Shown: positions 1 through 12,700 of the stretch, piece after piece
Numbering within the stretch: the first letter of the stretch is position 1
Layout: each line of letters starts with the position of its first letter
DNA from: Pecten maximus
Lineage: Eukaryota
Direction: 5' to 3'
Assembly: GCF_902652985.1 (NCBI RefSeq)
Contig: NC_047022.1
Location: 38,378,001-38,442,000 of the forward strand
DNA: 64,000 bases
Notes under the pieces: model-generated
What the model was told of the DNA's origin: nothing
Databases searched by the model: none
The model's input: the letters and a program-made list of their open reading frames with translations, nothing else
Made by a program: the position numbers and the translations under genes

Positions 1-70
1 TTCTCCACTATCATTAACTTGTATTGTTATCAACTTCTCCGCTATCATTAACTTGTATTGTTATCAACAT
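1..70. repeat. 34-bp tandem repeat (>=2 copies, truncated by window edge) just inside the intron after the exon ending at 81
   Basis: TTCTCC(A/G)CTATCATTAACTTGTATTGTTATCAAC twice; minus-strand donor ATA|GTAAGT at 81/80. Confidence 0.75.
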
Positions 71-80
71 ATTAACTTAC

Positions 81-3000
81 TATGGGAGTCAGCTCTTCCA
101 TATCTACATTTTTATCCTCCTTATGCCTGCCTGCCTCGTTCTCGTGAGAGTTGACTGGAGAGACTGGGAGAAGCTTGGGCATGTCATCAGCAGCATCAGC
201 AATAAGCGGCTCCCTCAGGGACGGAGTTATCCTCTTCTGATGTCCGACTGGAAACTCATCCTTGTTTTCCATAGTGAGCTGGTGGTAGGGGAAAAGCTTT
301 GCATGTGCCTTTGGTGGAAACGTGAATGGATTGACTTGCTTATGGTGGTGAACTGTTTGTTTCTGAGATTGTTCAGGTTTCTTTGAAGGTCCAAATACAT
401 CTGCAATGGATGTTTTTTCAGACCTAGGGACATCAGCTACTGCCTCCCGAGACATTTGTATGACAGAAAATGGAGGGGGAGTTCTTTTCTCTTCCTGTTT
501 TGGGTGGTTATCAGGAAGCCTAACCAAGCTCACGACAGGCTGACGAATCTGTGCGGCGTTATGCGGTAAAGTGATGGATGTTGGTACTGTGGATGGGAGC
601 ATGGCCTGTACTGAGGACAGGTGAGAGGACTGTACAGAGGATGTGTGAGAGGTGTGTACAGATGACATGTTTGAAGCTTGTTGACTTGCCCCTTTAGCTG
701 CATAGGTCTGATGCAAGGCAGCTAACTGCTCTTTGTGTCTATGTTGTGGTTTTGGTGAGGGTACCTTGTGCCTGAATCCCTCTGCTGGTACACCGTCATG
801 ACCACCTCCTGTGGACATTTTGGGAGAAATACTTCCTGGTATTACATAACGCAATGGTTGTTGTGGGGTTGTTGTGGGCACTAACTGTGAAACTGATGTT
901 AAATGTGAGGTGGTCCCAGGTGCTGGACTTACACGTTTTAATTCTATACTTCCCGACAATGATGGATGATGATGTTGATGAGGGGACGGACCTCTTCTAC
1001 CAGGGCCCTGGACAACTGGAGTGGGACTTACAGTTTTTCTAGATCCCGTCAACCTCAAACTTGTACATGATAGGACCATGTTCATGTGACTTTGTCTCTT
1101 CCTTTGTAACTCGGCTGCCATGCTGAGCTGAATGCATTGCTTGATTTACAGAATGCATCTGGGCATTAGAGACTCCCTGGAGTAAAGTTTGGCGCAGGAT
1201 CTCATTCTGTAACTGCCCTCCTGACTGGACAGTGCTGAGGATCTGACTTGGGATGGAAAATGAACCTCCCTCAGAACGACTCAACTTGCTGAAATTTAAC
1301 TCTGGAGCCTGAAAAAAGACCATACTTGAATTAATTTAACTGCGAGAATTATCACCTGGTTCTATAACAACTTTTTCTATATTTATTTCTTTATATCCTT
1401 AACATGTTAATTAGTCTCGTTCTGTTTTGAGACAGGAAGGAAGCTTTGATAGACAGGTATATATATAGACAGGATGAGTGTTATTGGTATACAGTTTTGT
1501 AGACTTGTTATAGGTATATATATAGACAGGATGGGTGTTATAGGTAGTTTTGTAGACTTGTTGTAGGTATATATATAGACAGGATGAGTGTTATTGGTAT
1601 ACAGTTTTGTAGACTTGTTATAGGTAATTATTACCATAAGTATATATACTAGATATGTTGACAATCTACTCCAAAGTTACCTTGATTGTGTAGTCCTGCT
1701 GCTCTGTCCTGGCTGGGTGGTAAACAACATGTCCAGGAGCGCCTGCCTTTGCCTGATTCTGTATAGCGTACAACGACGACAACACTGATCCTGGAATACT
1801 AGTCTGTCCTCCTCCAGCTTGCTTCTTGTGCCCACCACTACCTTTTTTCTTATGCAACTCAGGAATGGACAAATTGACAGGCTGAGTTTTCTCTGCATGT
1901 TCCTGTGACTTGCCGAAGGAGGGAACTGGGGAGCGTCTCTCAACGTGAGCAGGTGATGGGGTCCGTTGGATTGTTGACACATGGTATGATGTATGTTCAC
2001 CTAAATGTGCAGGTTGTGGCTGGGATTCTCTCTTTGCTGGTGAAACAGTGCTACGGACATCTTCCCTTGTTGATGGAATAACAATTCTCTGCAACTGAAT
2101 TTTTCCAGGTCCAGGGCCAGAGTCAAAATGTTGTGGGAAGTTGATTTTTTCCTCAAGACCTAGGGCTCTGCTGTGATGGCCTCCCAATATCCGCCCAGTC
2201 TCAGTTTTCGATCCAAAGGTTGGGACCTGCACATTAGGAGGGGCTATAGTCCTACTGATGTCCTCCCGCTGGTATTTGATGGGCACCATTTGTGGTGACT
2301 GGCTCTCTTTTCCTCTGTCTGCACCACCTGAAGCTTGAGACTGTTGGTATGAGCTGAACTTTCTCTCTGGTTGATTCAACATTTCACTTGAAAGGGTCAT
2401 CCGTTGTTGCAAGAGCTGTTGACGGAGTAGTCCCCCTTGTTCTTGTTCTTGTCCCTCGGATCGACTGACATTAACAGTAGGATGGTGTTTAGCTGTTAAG
2501 TGAGCTGCAAGTTCAGATGCTGTGTTGGGATGCAGATACTTGACTTTGAAAACCAGCTGGAACTTCTAAAACAGATAACATTTTAATCTTACAATTATTT
2601 CGACATTAGCCTACATGTATTAATGTCATATTAAATTGAGCTTAAACATTTTGGTTGCTCCAATACTTTCCTTATAGTTCATTTTTCTTGATATAAAATA
2701 TACCTTCAATGGAATAAATATGTTCATTTTAAAAGGGATAGAAATTCAAAAATGTAATACTACTATTTTTTTTAATTGGCCATTCAGAATTGTAATCAAG
2801 TACGCAGGCCAAAGATAATATACATTGAAACTGAATTTTATTTTTCTAAAGGTAGGTGACAAAATCATCTGAGCAACATTTTCTGAGGCACAGTTTTCCA
2901 AAAGTTTCATGATGCAAACAGTAATAATAACTTATAAGAAATCTAGCAATCATCTTAGAAACCAAATGTTTCTAGGGTAATACCAAATGTGTCATAAACT

Positions 3001-6000
3001 GTGCAGGCAAGTGCCCTATTTATCAATTCCAATATCCAATCTCAAAAAATAATCATACCAATTCAATAGTACACTCGGACAGATTATAGATATGCAAGCA
3101 TATAATTGATATAAGTTTGACTGGAATGGTTATTGGGTATTGTATATATTAAGCTCCTTAGTTAATTGAGTGATTGGACGTTCACTGTCATGCATCACAA
3201 ACATATGTCAGGCTACGTAGAGTTGATACCTTGTATCTTAACATTCAAGTACATGTATTAACAGTCAATTAAACATCTACTTTGATGCAGTTATTATCAT
3301 CAGATTTTCTTCTTCGTCAAAAATTCATTGTAAACTAAAGCTGGTCTCAGTAAAACCTTTCTTTTTGGAAAACTTATAATTGCATGTTCTGGTAGTGGAA
3401 AGGGGTTTCTTGGGTGGGGAAGTGGGGGAGTGTAGAGTGGTGGGGGTGGTGAAGGAGATATTGTTGTGTGTATGGGGAATGTATGTGTGGGTTGTAGAAT
3501 TGTTGAATGGGGGTATGGGATATTGTTTGCTGGTTTTGTGTGAGGAGGGGAGCCATTTGTTGTGTGTGTGTAGGGATGTGGTTAATTATAATAACACTGC
3601 ACAAGATCAAAGCTGTGATAGGATAAGGCGTATCATTCAATCTCCAGCAGTACTCAATGACCAGAACAAGTCCACCAACCCCAGCAGGTACGGAGTTGTA
3701 GAGCAGGAGTATATGGGATGCAATACATTCTGGTAAAGTAAACTACTGCTCTGTATAAGCTTTTTCAGAAACAAGTATAAATTTATTAAAACATTTTGTA
3801 AATTAACTAATTTTAGTGGTTATGATAGTCAAGCACCTTTGTGCTAACTCAAAAAAACTCTAAATTAGCTCAAGTCAATTATTTGTGATCCAGACGATTG
3901 ATATAATTCATCTGAAGGTATTAATCCTTTTGATTCCTTTTCCTTTAATAAACCTTATTTTTGAATAAGCAAAATTTTCTGATACTATGACTAAATTTTG
4001 TCAATGAATAATTTCATTTTTTTTTTCAAATTCAAAAATAATCAATGGGTATAGTTAAAAAAATATGTCAACTTGCACTTAAAAACTGTTTAATGTTGCA
4101 GCCATCTTACCTGAACCCCAACAATAATTTTTACCAAACACAAAAAGCCTGCAAGCATAGGGGCTATGTCTCCTGACAGTCAAACCAAGCATAGGGGCTA
4201 TGTCTCTTGACAGTCAAACCAAGCATAGGGACTGTGTCTCCTGACAGTCAAACCAAGCATAGGGACTATGTTTCCTAACAGTCAAACTAAGCATAGGGAC
4301 TGTGTTTCCTGACAGTCAAACCAAGCATAGGGACTGTGTCTCCTGACAGTCGTACCAAGCATAGGGGCTATGTCTCCTAACAGTCGTACCAAGCATAGGG
4401 GCTATGTCTCCTAACAGTCGTACCAAGCATAGGGGCTATGTCTCCTAACAGTCGTACCAAGCATAGGGGCTATGTCTCCTGACAGTCGTACCAAGCATAA
4501 AGGCTATGTCTCCTAACAGTCGTACCAAGCATAGGGGCTATGTCTCCTAACAGTCGTACCAAGCATAGGGGCTATGTCTCCTGACAGTCAAACCAAGCAC
4601 AGGGGCTATGTCTCCTGACAGTCGTACCAAGCATAGGGGTTATGTCTCCTAACAGTCGTACCAAGCATAGGGGCTATGTCTCCTAACAGTCGTACCAAGC
4701 ATAGGGGCTATGTCTCCTGACAGTCAAACCAAGCACAGGGGCGTCTGTGTCTCCTAACAGTCGAACCAAGCATAGGGACTATGTTTCCTGACTTTCAAAC
4801 CAAGCATAGGGGCTGTGTCTCCTGACAGTCAAACCAAGCTGGCTAGCAAGCCTACCATGCCTATGTACTATAAATAGAACACCTGTGAAATGATATTGCC
4901 ATGGTCGGCCTTGACCTAGACCTAGAGCAAGATGACGTTGACTTTGACCTTTAGGTTCTGTGAGAGCAGCCATCCTTGACGGTGAGATGCTTTTCTTCGG
5001 GGGCAAGTTGATAGTTCTCAGAGAGGAGTGGCTAGGAGCAGAAGTCATGGTGCCACCATGCTGTGTTGTTGTGAAAGGGGAACTTGAAGAGAGATGCTGA
5101 GCTGCCATTCGTCCGACAAAGCTGCTGTGGCTGTCTCCTAGAACAAGCCCTTCCTGTTGTTGTATCTGTTGTGATTGGCTCAAAAAATGTGAAACCATCC
5201 CAGCTCCACTCTGCTGCTGTGATTCTTCAGATTTTTTGTCCTTCTTTGGGCCTGTGGATGTCAGAGTGAGTATAGCTATGTTAAGACCAAGTTCAATTTA
5301 AGACTGTATGCACCCTGTAAATGATATTGATATTTCAAACTACTGTACCATTTTGATTTTACTTGTTTTTTCAATACCTCTGACTACAATATAGGTTAAA
5401 CAATACCTCTAACTACAATGGAAGCTAAACAATACCTCTAACTACAATATAGGTTAAACAATACCTCTAACTACAATATAGGTTAAACAATACCTCTAAC
5501 TACAATGGAGGCTAAACAATACCTCTAACTACAATATAGGTTAAACAATACCTCTAACTACAATATAGGTTAAACAATACCTCTAACTACAATGGAGGCT
5601 AAACAATACCTCTAACTACAATATAGGTTAAACAATACCTCTGACTACAATATAGGTTAAACAATACCTCTAACTACAATGGAAGCTAAACAATACCTCT
5701 AACTACAATGGAGGCTAAACAATACCTCTAAAGTCCTACAATATAGGTTAAACAATACCTCTAACTACAATATAGGTTAAACAATACCTCTAACTACAAT
5801 GGAGGCTAAACAATACCTCTAACTACAATATAGGTTAAACAATACCTCTAACTACAATATAGGTTAAACAATACCTCTAACTACAATATAGGTTAAACAA
5901 TACCTCTAACTACAATATAGGTTAAACAATACCTCTAACTACAATATAGGTTAAACAATACCTCTAACTACAATACAGGTTAAACAATACCTCTAACTAC

Positions 6001-6933
6001 AATATAGGTTAAACAATACCTCTAACTACAATATAGGTTAAACAATACCTCTAACTACTATGGAGGCTAAACAATACCTCTAACTACAATATAGGTTAAA
6101 CAATACCTCTAACTACAATATAGGTTAAACAATACCTCTAACTACAACAGAGGTTAAACAATACCTCTAACTACAATATAGGTTAAATAATACCTCTAAC
6201 TACAATATAGGTTAAACAATACCTCTAACTACAATAGAGGTTAAACAATATCTCTAGCTACAATATAGGTTAAACAATACCTCTAACTACAATATAGGTT
6301 AAACAATACCTCTAACTACAATATAGGTTAAACAATACCTCTAACTACAATATAGGTTAAACAATACCTCTAACTACAATATAGGTTAAACAATACCTCT
6401 AGCTACAATATAGGTTAAACAATACCTCTAGCTACAATATAGGTTAAACAATACCTCTAACTACAATAGAGGTTAAACAATACCTCTAGCTACAATATAG
6501 GTTAAACAATACCTCTAACTACAATATAGGTTAAACAATACCTCTAAGTCCTACAATATAGGTTAAACAATACCTCTAACTACAATATAGGTTAAACAAT
6601 ACCTCTAACTACAATATAGCTTAAACAATACCTCTAACTACAACAGAGGTTAAACAATACCTCTAACTACAATATAGGTTAAACAATACCTCTAACTACA
6701 ATATAGGTTAAACAATACCTCTAACTACAATATAGGTTAAACAATACCTCTAACTACAATATAGGTTAAACAATACCTCTAACTACAATATAGCTTAAAC
6801 AATACCTCTAACTACAATATAGGTTAAACAATACCTCTAACTACAATAGAGGTTAAACAATACCCCATGTTATATTACCTTGCGACCTTTTTCTTTTCTC
6901 CTTTACAGGTTTTGTTTTCTTCACATCCTCCAT
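81..6933 (-). CDS. Uncharacterised multi-exon gene encoding a long low-complexity Q/S/P/H-rich (probably disordered, nuclear) protein; 5' part only, continues beyond the window start
   Basis: Minus-strand exons with GT-AG: 6933-6879 (gacATGG; MEDVKKTKPVKEKRKRSQG, basic NLS-like), 5251-~4950 (acceptor ccacag; donor uncertain), 2565-1681 (885-nt open frame, AAG|gtaact), 1308-81 (ttttttcag ... ATA|gtaagt; needs a 1-nt correction near 1046). No recognisable domain in this part; the join between the 5251 and 2565 exons is unresolved. Confidence 0.55.
1452..1626. repeat. Imperfect ~50-60-bp intronic tandem repeat, ~3 copies
   Basis: GGTATATATATAGACAGGATG(A/G)GTGTTAT...GTTTTGTAGACTTGTT repeated. 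Confidence 0.7.
4152..4839. repeat. 34-bp minisatellite, ~20 copies
   Basis: Unit CAAGCATAGGGGCTATGTCTCCT(G/A)ACAGTC(AA/GT)AC; period 4152->4186. Confidence 0.95.
5373..6863. repeat. 29-bp minisatellite, ~50 copies, filling most of an intron and ending ~15 bp from the donor at 6879
   Basis: Unit AATACCTCTAACTACAATATAGGTTAAAC with GGAGGCT variants. Confidence 0.95.
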
Positions 6934-7223
6934 GTCGACTTGTTTGTGTACGTTCAGGAGCTTAAATTTAAAAAAAAGGCAAATGAATGATGAGCATTTA
7001 AGATTGGTGTCAATGCATAGGTATCATATCCAACTCACAAAGAGGAAAACTAGGCATATGTAATGTATATATAAATAGAATAGCTTTTTTGTCAGTTTGA
7101 TTGGGCCTAGCAATAAATACTGTATTAGCAATAAATTAACATGTACCCAATTCATCCTGATCACGTCACCTTTATGCCACTACTCCAACAATGTTAGAGG
7201 ATTACAAGTTGAGAAACTTATGG

Positions 7224-7432
7224 ATGGCGTCAGAACCAAAAGATAGTCGGAGAATTTTAGCTAGACATTTCTAGTCATCTCACCATTTTGGCTGACTGTG
7301 CATCCCTGGTAGATATACTAGCCCTAATATATACACTGTATATCCCGCTCGGCTAGAGAGTTCGATCGGGTCCCGGGTTCGATCCCTAGCGGAGGCCGTG
7401 ATTTAAATGTAAGTAATCATGCGCTCTGTTAC
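7224..7432 (+). mobile_element. Remnant of a tRNA-related repeat / small LTR-like unit
   Basis: TGGCGTCAGAA (PBS-like), B-box-like GGGTTCGATCCC at ~7375, ends TGTTACA; no full cloverleaf. Confidence 0.3.
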
Positions 7433-9499
7433 ATTGCAGGAGCACAACACATGAAGAGGGTATTAATTAGGCCTATGATTACCATCAAAAACTGACCTGA
7501 ACAGCTGAAGTTTTGGTACGGCGACTGTAGTTGAGGTTTGAAAAGTTGAGGGGGTTGCTACACGAAAAACAACAAATCCAATAAAGATCGAGTAATTTGT
7601 TACGTTCTACATCATTCTCACCTTCTATGGATTGGATAGTTTTGATATATAATGATCAGGCATAAATCTAATACATTCAGACAACGACACAAGCGGAAAT
7701 CATACTTCCATTTCACATCTTCCGTCAGGTTGTAAACAAAGGTGCGGGATTGCTTTTTAGAATATTAAATAAATTCTAGTATTGTAGAAAATACTATGGC
7801 ACATAAAATAGGCATAAATCATTATTTTTGGTAATTTTCTCTACCTTATAATTCTAAATAGCATAACACATATTATTTTTCGGCTTTTTTAACTCAACGG
7901 AATGTATAATATAAAGCCATGCTTCTTTGGAGGTATCAAAAATCCGGATCATTCAGGAAAATTACGTTTACTTTCGCATTTCTTATTTATTTGTTTTGCT
8001 TTGTTTATGAAAACATCACATCAGAATGTAACAAAAATATTTTGATAGCATGGCCGGATTTGGTCTATATTGTCTATAATTTGGTGCCTAGCGGAGGAAA
8101 AGCCAAAATCACATCTTGCTTTGTTATATGCAATTGATATCTTTGTTGTCATTTGTATCTTTGCATTTATTATATGCTAGTAAATAAAAAAAATGCCCTA
8201 TCACCGGTAATAATAATCTCGCGTTCCCCCACTACACATAATCATCGGGATCAAACCAGCACTCGATATAGTATTTAATCTATTTATTGTTCTAATTATA
8301 ACACGAACCCAATTTTGAACGATTTTATTGCTATATTTCTTAAGTTAAAAAAATGTCGGTCTCACGAGAATCTCGTTCTTTAACAGTATATAAGTCTCTG
8401 ATATGACGTAAAAAAATCTTTATAAAAATAGTATGCAAAAATAATCTAATTTATAAAAAAAAAAAGCTGATGAGATATTTTACATATTTATTTTACATAT
8501 CAGTAGAACCATAATTCCTTGTTTGTGTATTACATCTTATACATAGCATGCATTTCTCATCTGTGATAGTTTACTATACTTTTGTTATTGTTATCAATTC
8601 TGTAATTTGGCACTTCGGTCTGCTGAATTGAATCAAATAAATAGAAAACATATCAGTAAAATACAACATTAACATAAAATTTCAATAAGATAGCTTGTAT
8701 AGTAAATGATATATCAACATTGCTACAAAAATGAATTACAATGTCATTGTCTTTTGTTCAAAAATACTCAAGAACTTTAGATTCTAAAACAAAACCACTA
8801 AATTCGCCTTTAGTTCTGAGATAAGTTTAAACTGTATTTTATTCGACAATTTCCATTTAACGATATATATATCATAATGACAATAGAGTCTAATGTTAAA
8901 ACATTAGTTATAGCTTGACTGAATAATATAATTCATTGTAGTTGTAATACAAAAGAAGAGAAACGTAAATGTGGGATTTCCTGCTTCCCTCTGTCTGTAT
9001 ATATTATATATTTAAGTTAAATTTAGATTTGAATAGTTGTAACATATATTTGACAAATGTTTGGTCCAGCACCTGTAATTCATTTGTGATAGAACTCAAT
9101 GCAGAACCAGAGACATATATACAGTATATATGTCTCTGGCAGAACCAATTATGTCCAATTAAATTAAATATATTAATTATTATAAAGTCTAATCAATGCC
9201 AAGCTGTAGGAGGAATTTAGAACCTGAAAAGTGTGTTGGGATGGCCATGCATAAATAAGTCTCTAGGCTAAACAAAAAAGTTCATCTGTCAAGTATAGGC
9301 TTAAAAGCCATAACACTAAAAGTATTTTATATTATCACGGGTTTATCAGTAGTAAATTTAATTAAGTCTGTAAAAATGTGACAATATCAAGGGCTAGAAG
9401 CTAAAAACTGATTACAGATTGACGAACTGGTGATGTATCAATTAATTAAAAATCAACAGTTCTCATTTACATCAATACTTTTAGATATTACATCAAGAA

Positions 9500-9745
9500 A
9501 ACACACGCACTCTGCACCGAGACGCCAATCCGTATACTACAGCTATGCGCGTATTTGATTTCTTTTGTAGAATATGCCATTTTTGGCCAATGAAATTTCT
9601 CTCAATTTTAATTGCGATACGCGTATGTATTGCACCGGCATTTTCGATCTGAAGTTCCTTGTAAACAAAACAAATGCTGACTTAACATTTGAGGTCTAAA
9701 GTGTAGACACACACAGACATCGTCTTAAATCGAAACGAAGACGCC
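9500..9745 (+). promoter_or_regulatory. Putative XRCC1 proximal promoter, divergent from the minus-strand gene
   Basis: Locally CpG-rich; CCAAT boxes (~9525, ~9587), ATACGCGTAT palindrome and GTAAACAAA motif upstream of gccATG at 9746. Confidence 0.35.
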
Positions 9746-12700
9746 ATGCCTGAAATAACTGTCCAACACGTCGTCTCGTATAGCAGTGCCGACAAGGTAA
9801 ACAACCAAGGCTTGTGTGTCTGTCGATTGCACACACCGGGTTCAGAGGTTGGGATAGTCCGAATTTTCTGATTTACCTATATGCTTTAGGCGATATTAAC
9901 ATCATAACCCTTCGGATTAAGGTTGGGAAAACCAGGCGATACCAGGTCCGGGAGTACCGGCAGATTTGGAGGCGCTTCCGGACCTGCATACACCAACTTG
10001 CCTCTTATACCCATACTTGCCAACTTTCCCGATTTAGTCGGGAATTTCCCGATTCCAGACTCCCTGCCCCGTCTCCCGATCGTATAGATAAAACATAGTG
10101 TATTCTCCCGATTTTGGAGAATATGTCTTGATAACCCCGTATGGAGCCCCTATTCATCTTGTTAGTTTGATTTAGGCCTATGACAGGTAACGCTTGCTGG
10201 CTAGTGAAAGACGTGTGGGGCATTGGTCTGTGAACTGACCTGCTTACAGACCGTAACGAAATTCTGACACTTCACTGACTGCAAGGGTGACAATACCCCG
10301 ATAAATAAACAATTAATTAAAACCAATTAAGCTGAGGACGCGTGGTGATGGTTTTGTAGCAGGTCAGTCATGGTTGATTAAACGCTTGTAAATGGCTTCG
10401 TATACTGCCTTTGATGTCAAGCGCATAAACGACCTCTACTTGACAGTATATCTCGGACAGAAAAAGTGAAAACAACACTGGCAATGTTATCAACGGAGTA
10501 TCAAATTTGACAGATTACTTATTGAAATTTTAACTACATTTAAATATTGGCTGATCTTTAGATAATTAGCACAAGGAAATAAATTCACAATAACGACCAT
10601 ATAGACCGAAGGCCTGGTTACCGGTAGGTAACGTCGTTTCAATCACCGTAGCATCAGCATACTTAGTTTCAATTAGCAGAGACTTATTTTGGCAGAAACT
10701 TTCCCAATTCACATTTTGAAAGACAAAAACATGTCCACAAATACTCACTTTCTTAAACTAAATACTGTCATGTTGAAACTTTGAATTTAAGTACATATGT
10801 ATCAGTCCCCACCTACAAAGTACTGAGTTGTAAGCCTAAATTGATTACAACTGCTGGTACAGCCCTTTTTTTTTTTTTTTTTTTTGAAATTTCATTCAGA
10901 TATTATATTGTACTCTAGATATTTATCGTGACATTTTAGGTATTTTCTTTTGAAGTTTACTGCTGGAGAGAAATTAAAGCTTGATAGAAGGTGATATCAT
11001 TGTGATAATTTGCATTTAATTGACTGACATCTATCTTACAACATAATTTTCATAACATATCTACCTGGTGAGTTAAATCATTTCCAGAAATAATTAAAAA
11101 TGATGTAATTTTGCAGCTATTTTTTTGTAACATGTTGCTTATATAATTATCTTTCCAAACTTGAATAAAAAAGATCATTGGCCAAGCTTGAAATAAGTTT
11201 TCCCCCCCTTTTTTTCAGTGAGGGAAGGAAGTTTAAGTGTTCATGCAAGGAATTTATTTTCCAATAGCAAATTATCTCCCCTTAGTTTTTGTTTGCTAAA
11301 TGTGTCGCGCGTGAAATGTGTTTTCCGGTCAAAAATGTCGCTCACGCACTTTCTCCCCCATGAGAATTTTAAAAAGTTGGCAAGTATGTATACCTCAGTT
11401 GTAATATGGATTTGTTACTGAAATCAGAAAATTGCACAAAGCGCTTTTAAACAGTTGTAACAGGAGCGTGTCGGGCCCAGTTTGCGTACGTCAAACTGCA
11501 CCCGACTCGCCCTTGTGGGCCAACAACCCAGGTTCGATGGGTAACTTGTATCTGTCGTATATAGAGAGAGAACAAACGCCTTGAACTACAATTAACCATT
11601 TATTAATGACGACATAAACATTTATAACATGAAATCACACAACAGCATAGGCCTAGCTATATCTAACATCCTAACCTAAAACCAACCCCCTACCTGTACG
11701 ACCTATAACTAAACCCAACATCCTGACTAATACTACCCACCCCTTGTCCCTACATACCCTAACGCTACATTATTACTGGCGAGGAAGACGTGACAGCACA
11801 CAGGAAACTAATCCATCAGACTGCCCAATATACGATACACCACCCTGAATTTATCCCACTTTTTAACAATACAAAACTATAAGGACCAATCACGACAGAG
11901 GATACACAGGCACGACAGACACTGACGAAAAAGCAAGCGACTACGAACAATGCACGACAAAAACATCGACCAGAGACAGCACACGTGAACAGAGAACTAG
12001 CAAAGGTCAAGGTGACACAAGTACACATAGTACAGACACAACATATAGGCATGGCATATAGTTAGCGTTAAGCTTAACCCTGTCAGCTTAACCTATCAGT
12101 ACATATACGATAACATCCCCCGCTACACAGTTAATATTATTTTATATTAACCTTATTAGTAGCTATATAGTCGCATTTGAATAACTTTTTACTGAAACAT
12201 GTTTACTGAAAGCGTTGGTTACATCATTTAAAAATAGCCAAAAATAGTCTTTATATTAGCGCCACTGACTGTGTACCCCCAAACCCACAAGGTGATTTTT
12301 GATATTTTTAGTAACAATTTGAAAGCTATAAAATACAGTACCCCAATACACAGTTTCATAGTTCTGCACTGTGCTTTCTGCAGGAGTTATCACCATCATT
12401 TTAGTCCTTTTTTTTTGTTGGGGTAGGTAGCGTGGCAGCACACCAGGTAGGGCTAGTATGAGAACGCAAGCTGTTGTCTTGTTGTTGCAGCTATGGGATA
12501 TCTTAATAAATTTGTCAAATATCCACATGAATGGAAGGTGTGAAATTCTTTTGACTGTCAAACGGGAAAAATAAAATTATTTAGAGATGGTGGACCTTGC
12601 TGATCGTGACTGGGCCCCAAGCAAAATTTGGAAAATTGTGCTTCTGATTTTGTGGACAGAAACCCTCTGAGACAAGTCCTGACCCAACATTATTCCCTTA

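Noticed and set aside
3374-3640. Q/H/P-rich minus-strand ORF as an extra exon of the first gene
   Set aside because: Composition fits, but I found no phase-compatible acceptor/donor pair and it ends in a stop; left uncalled
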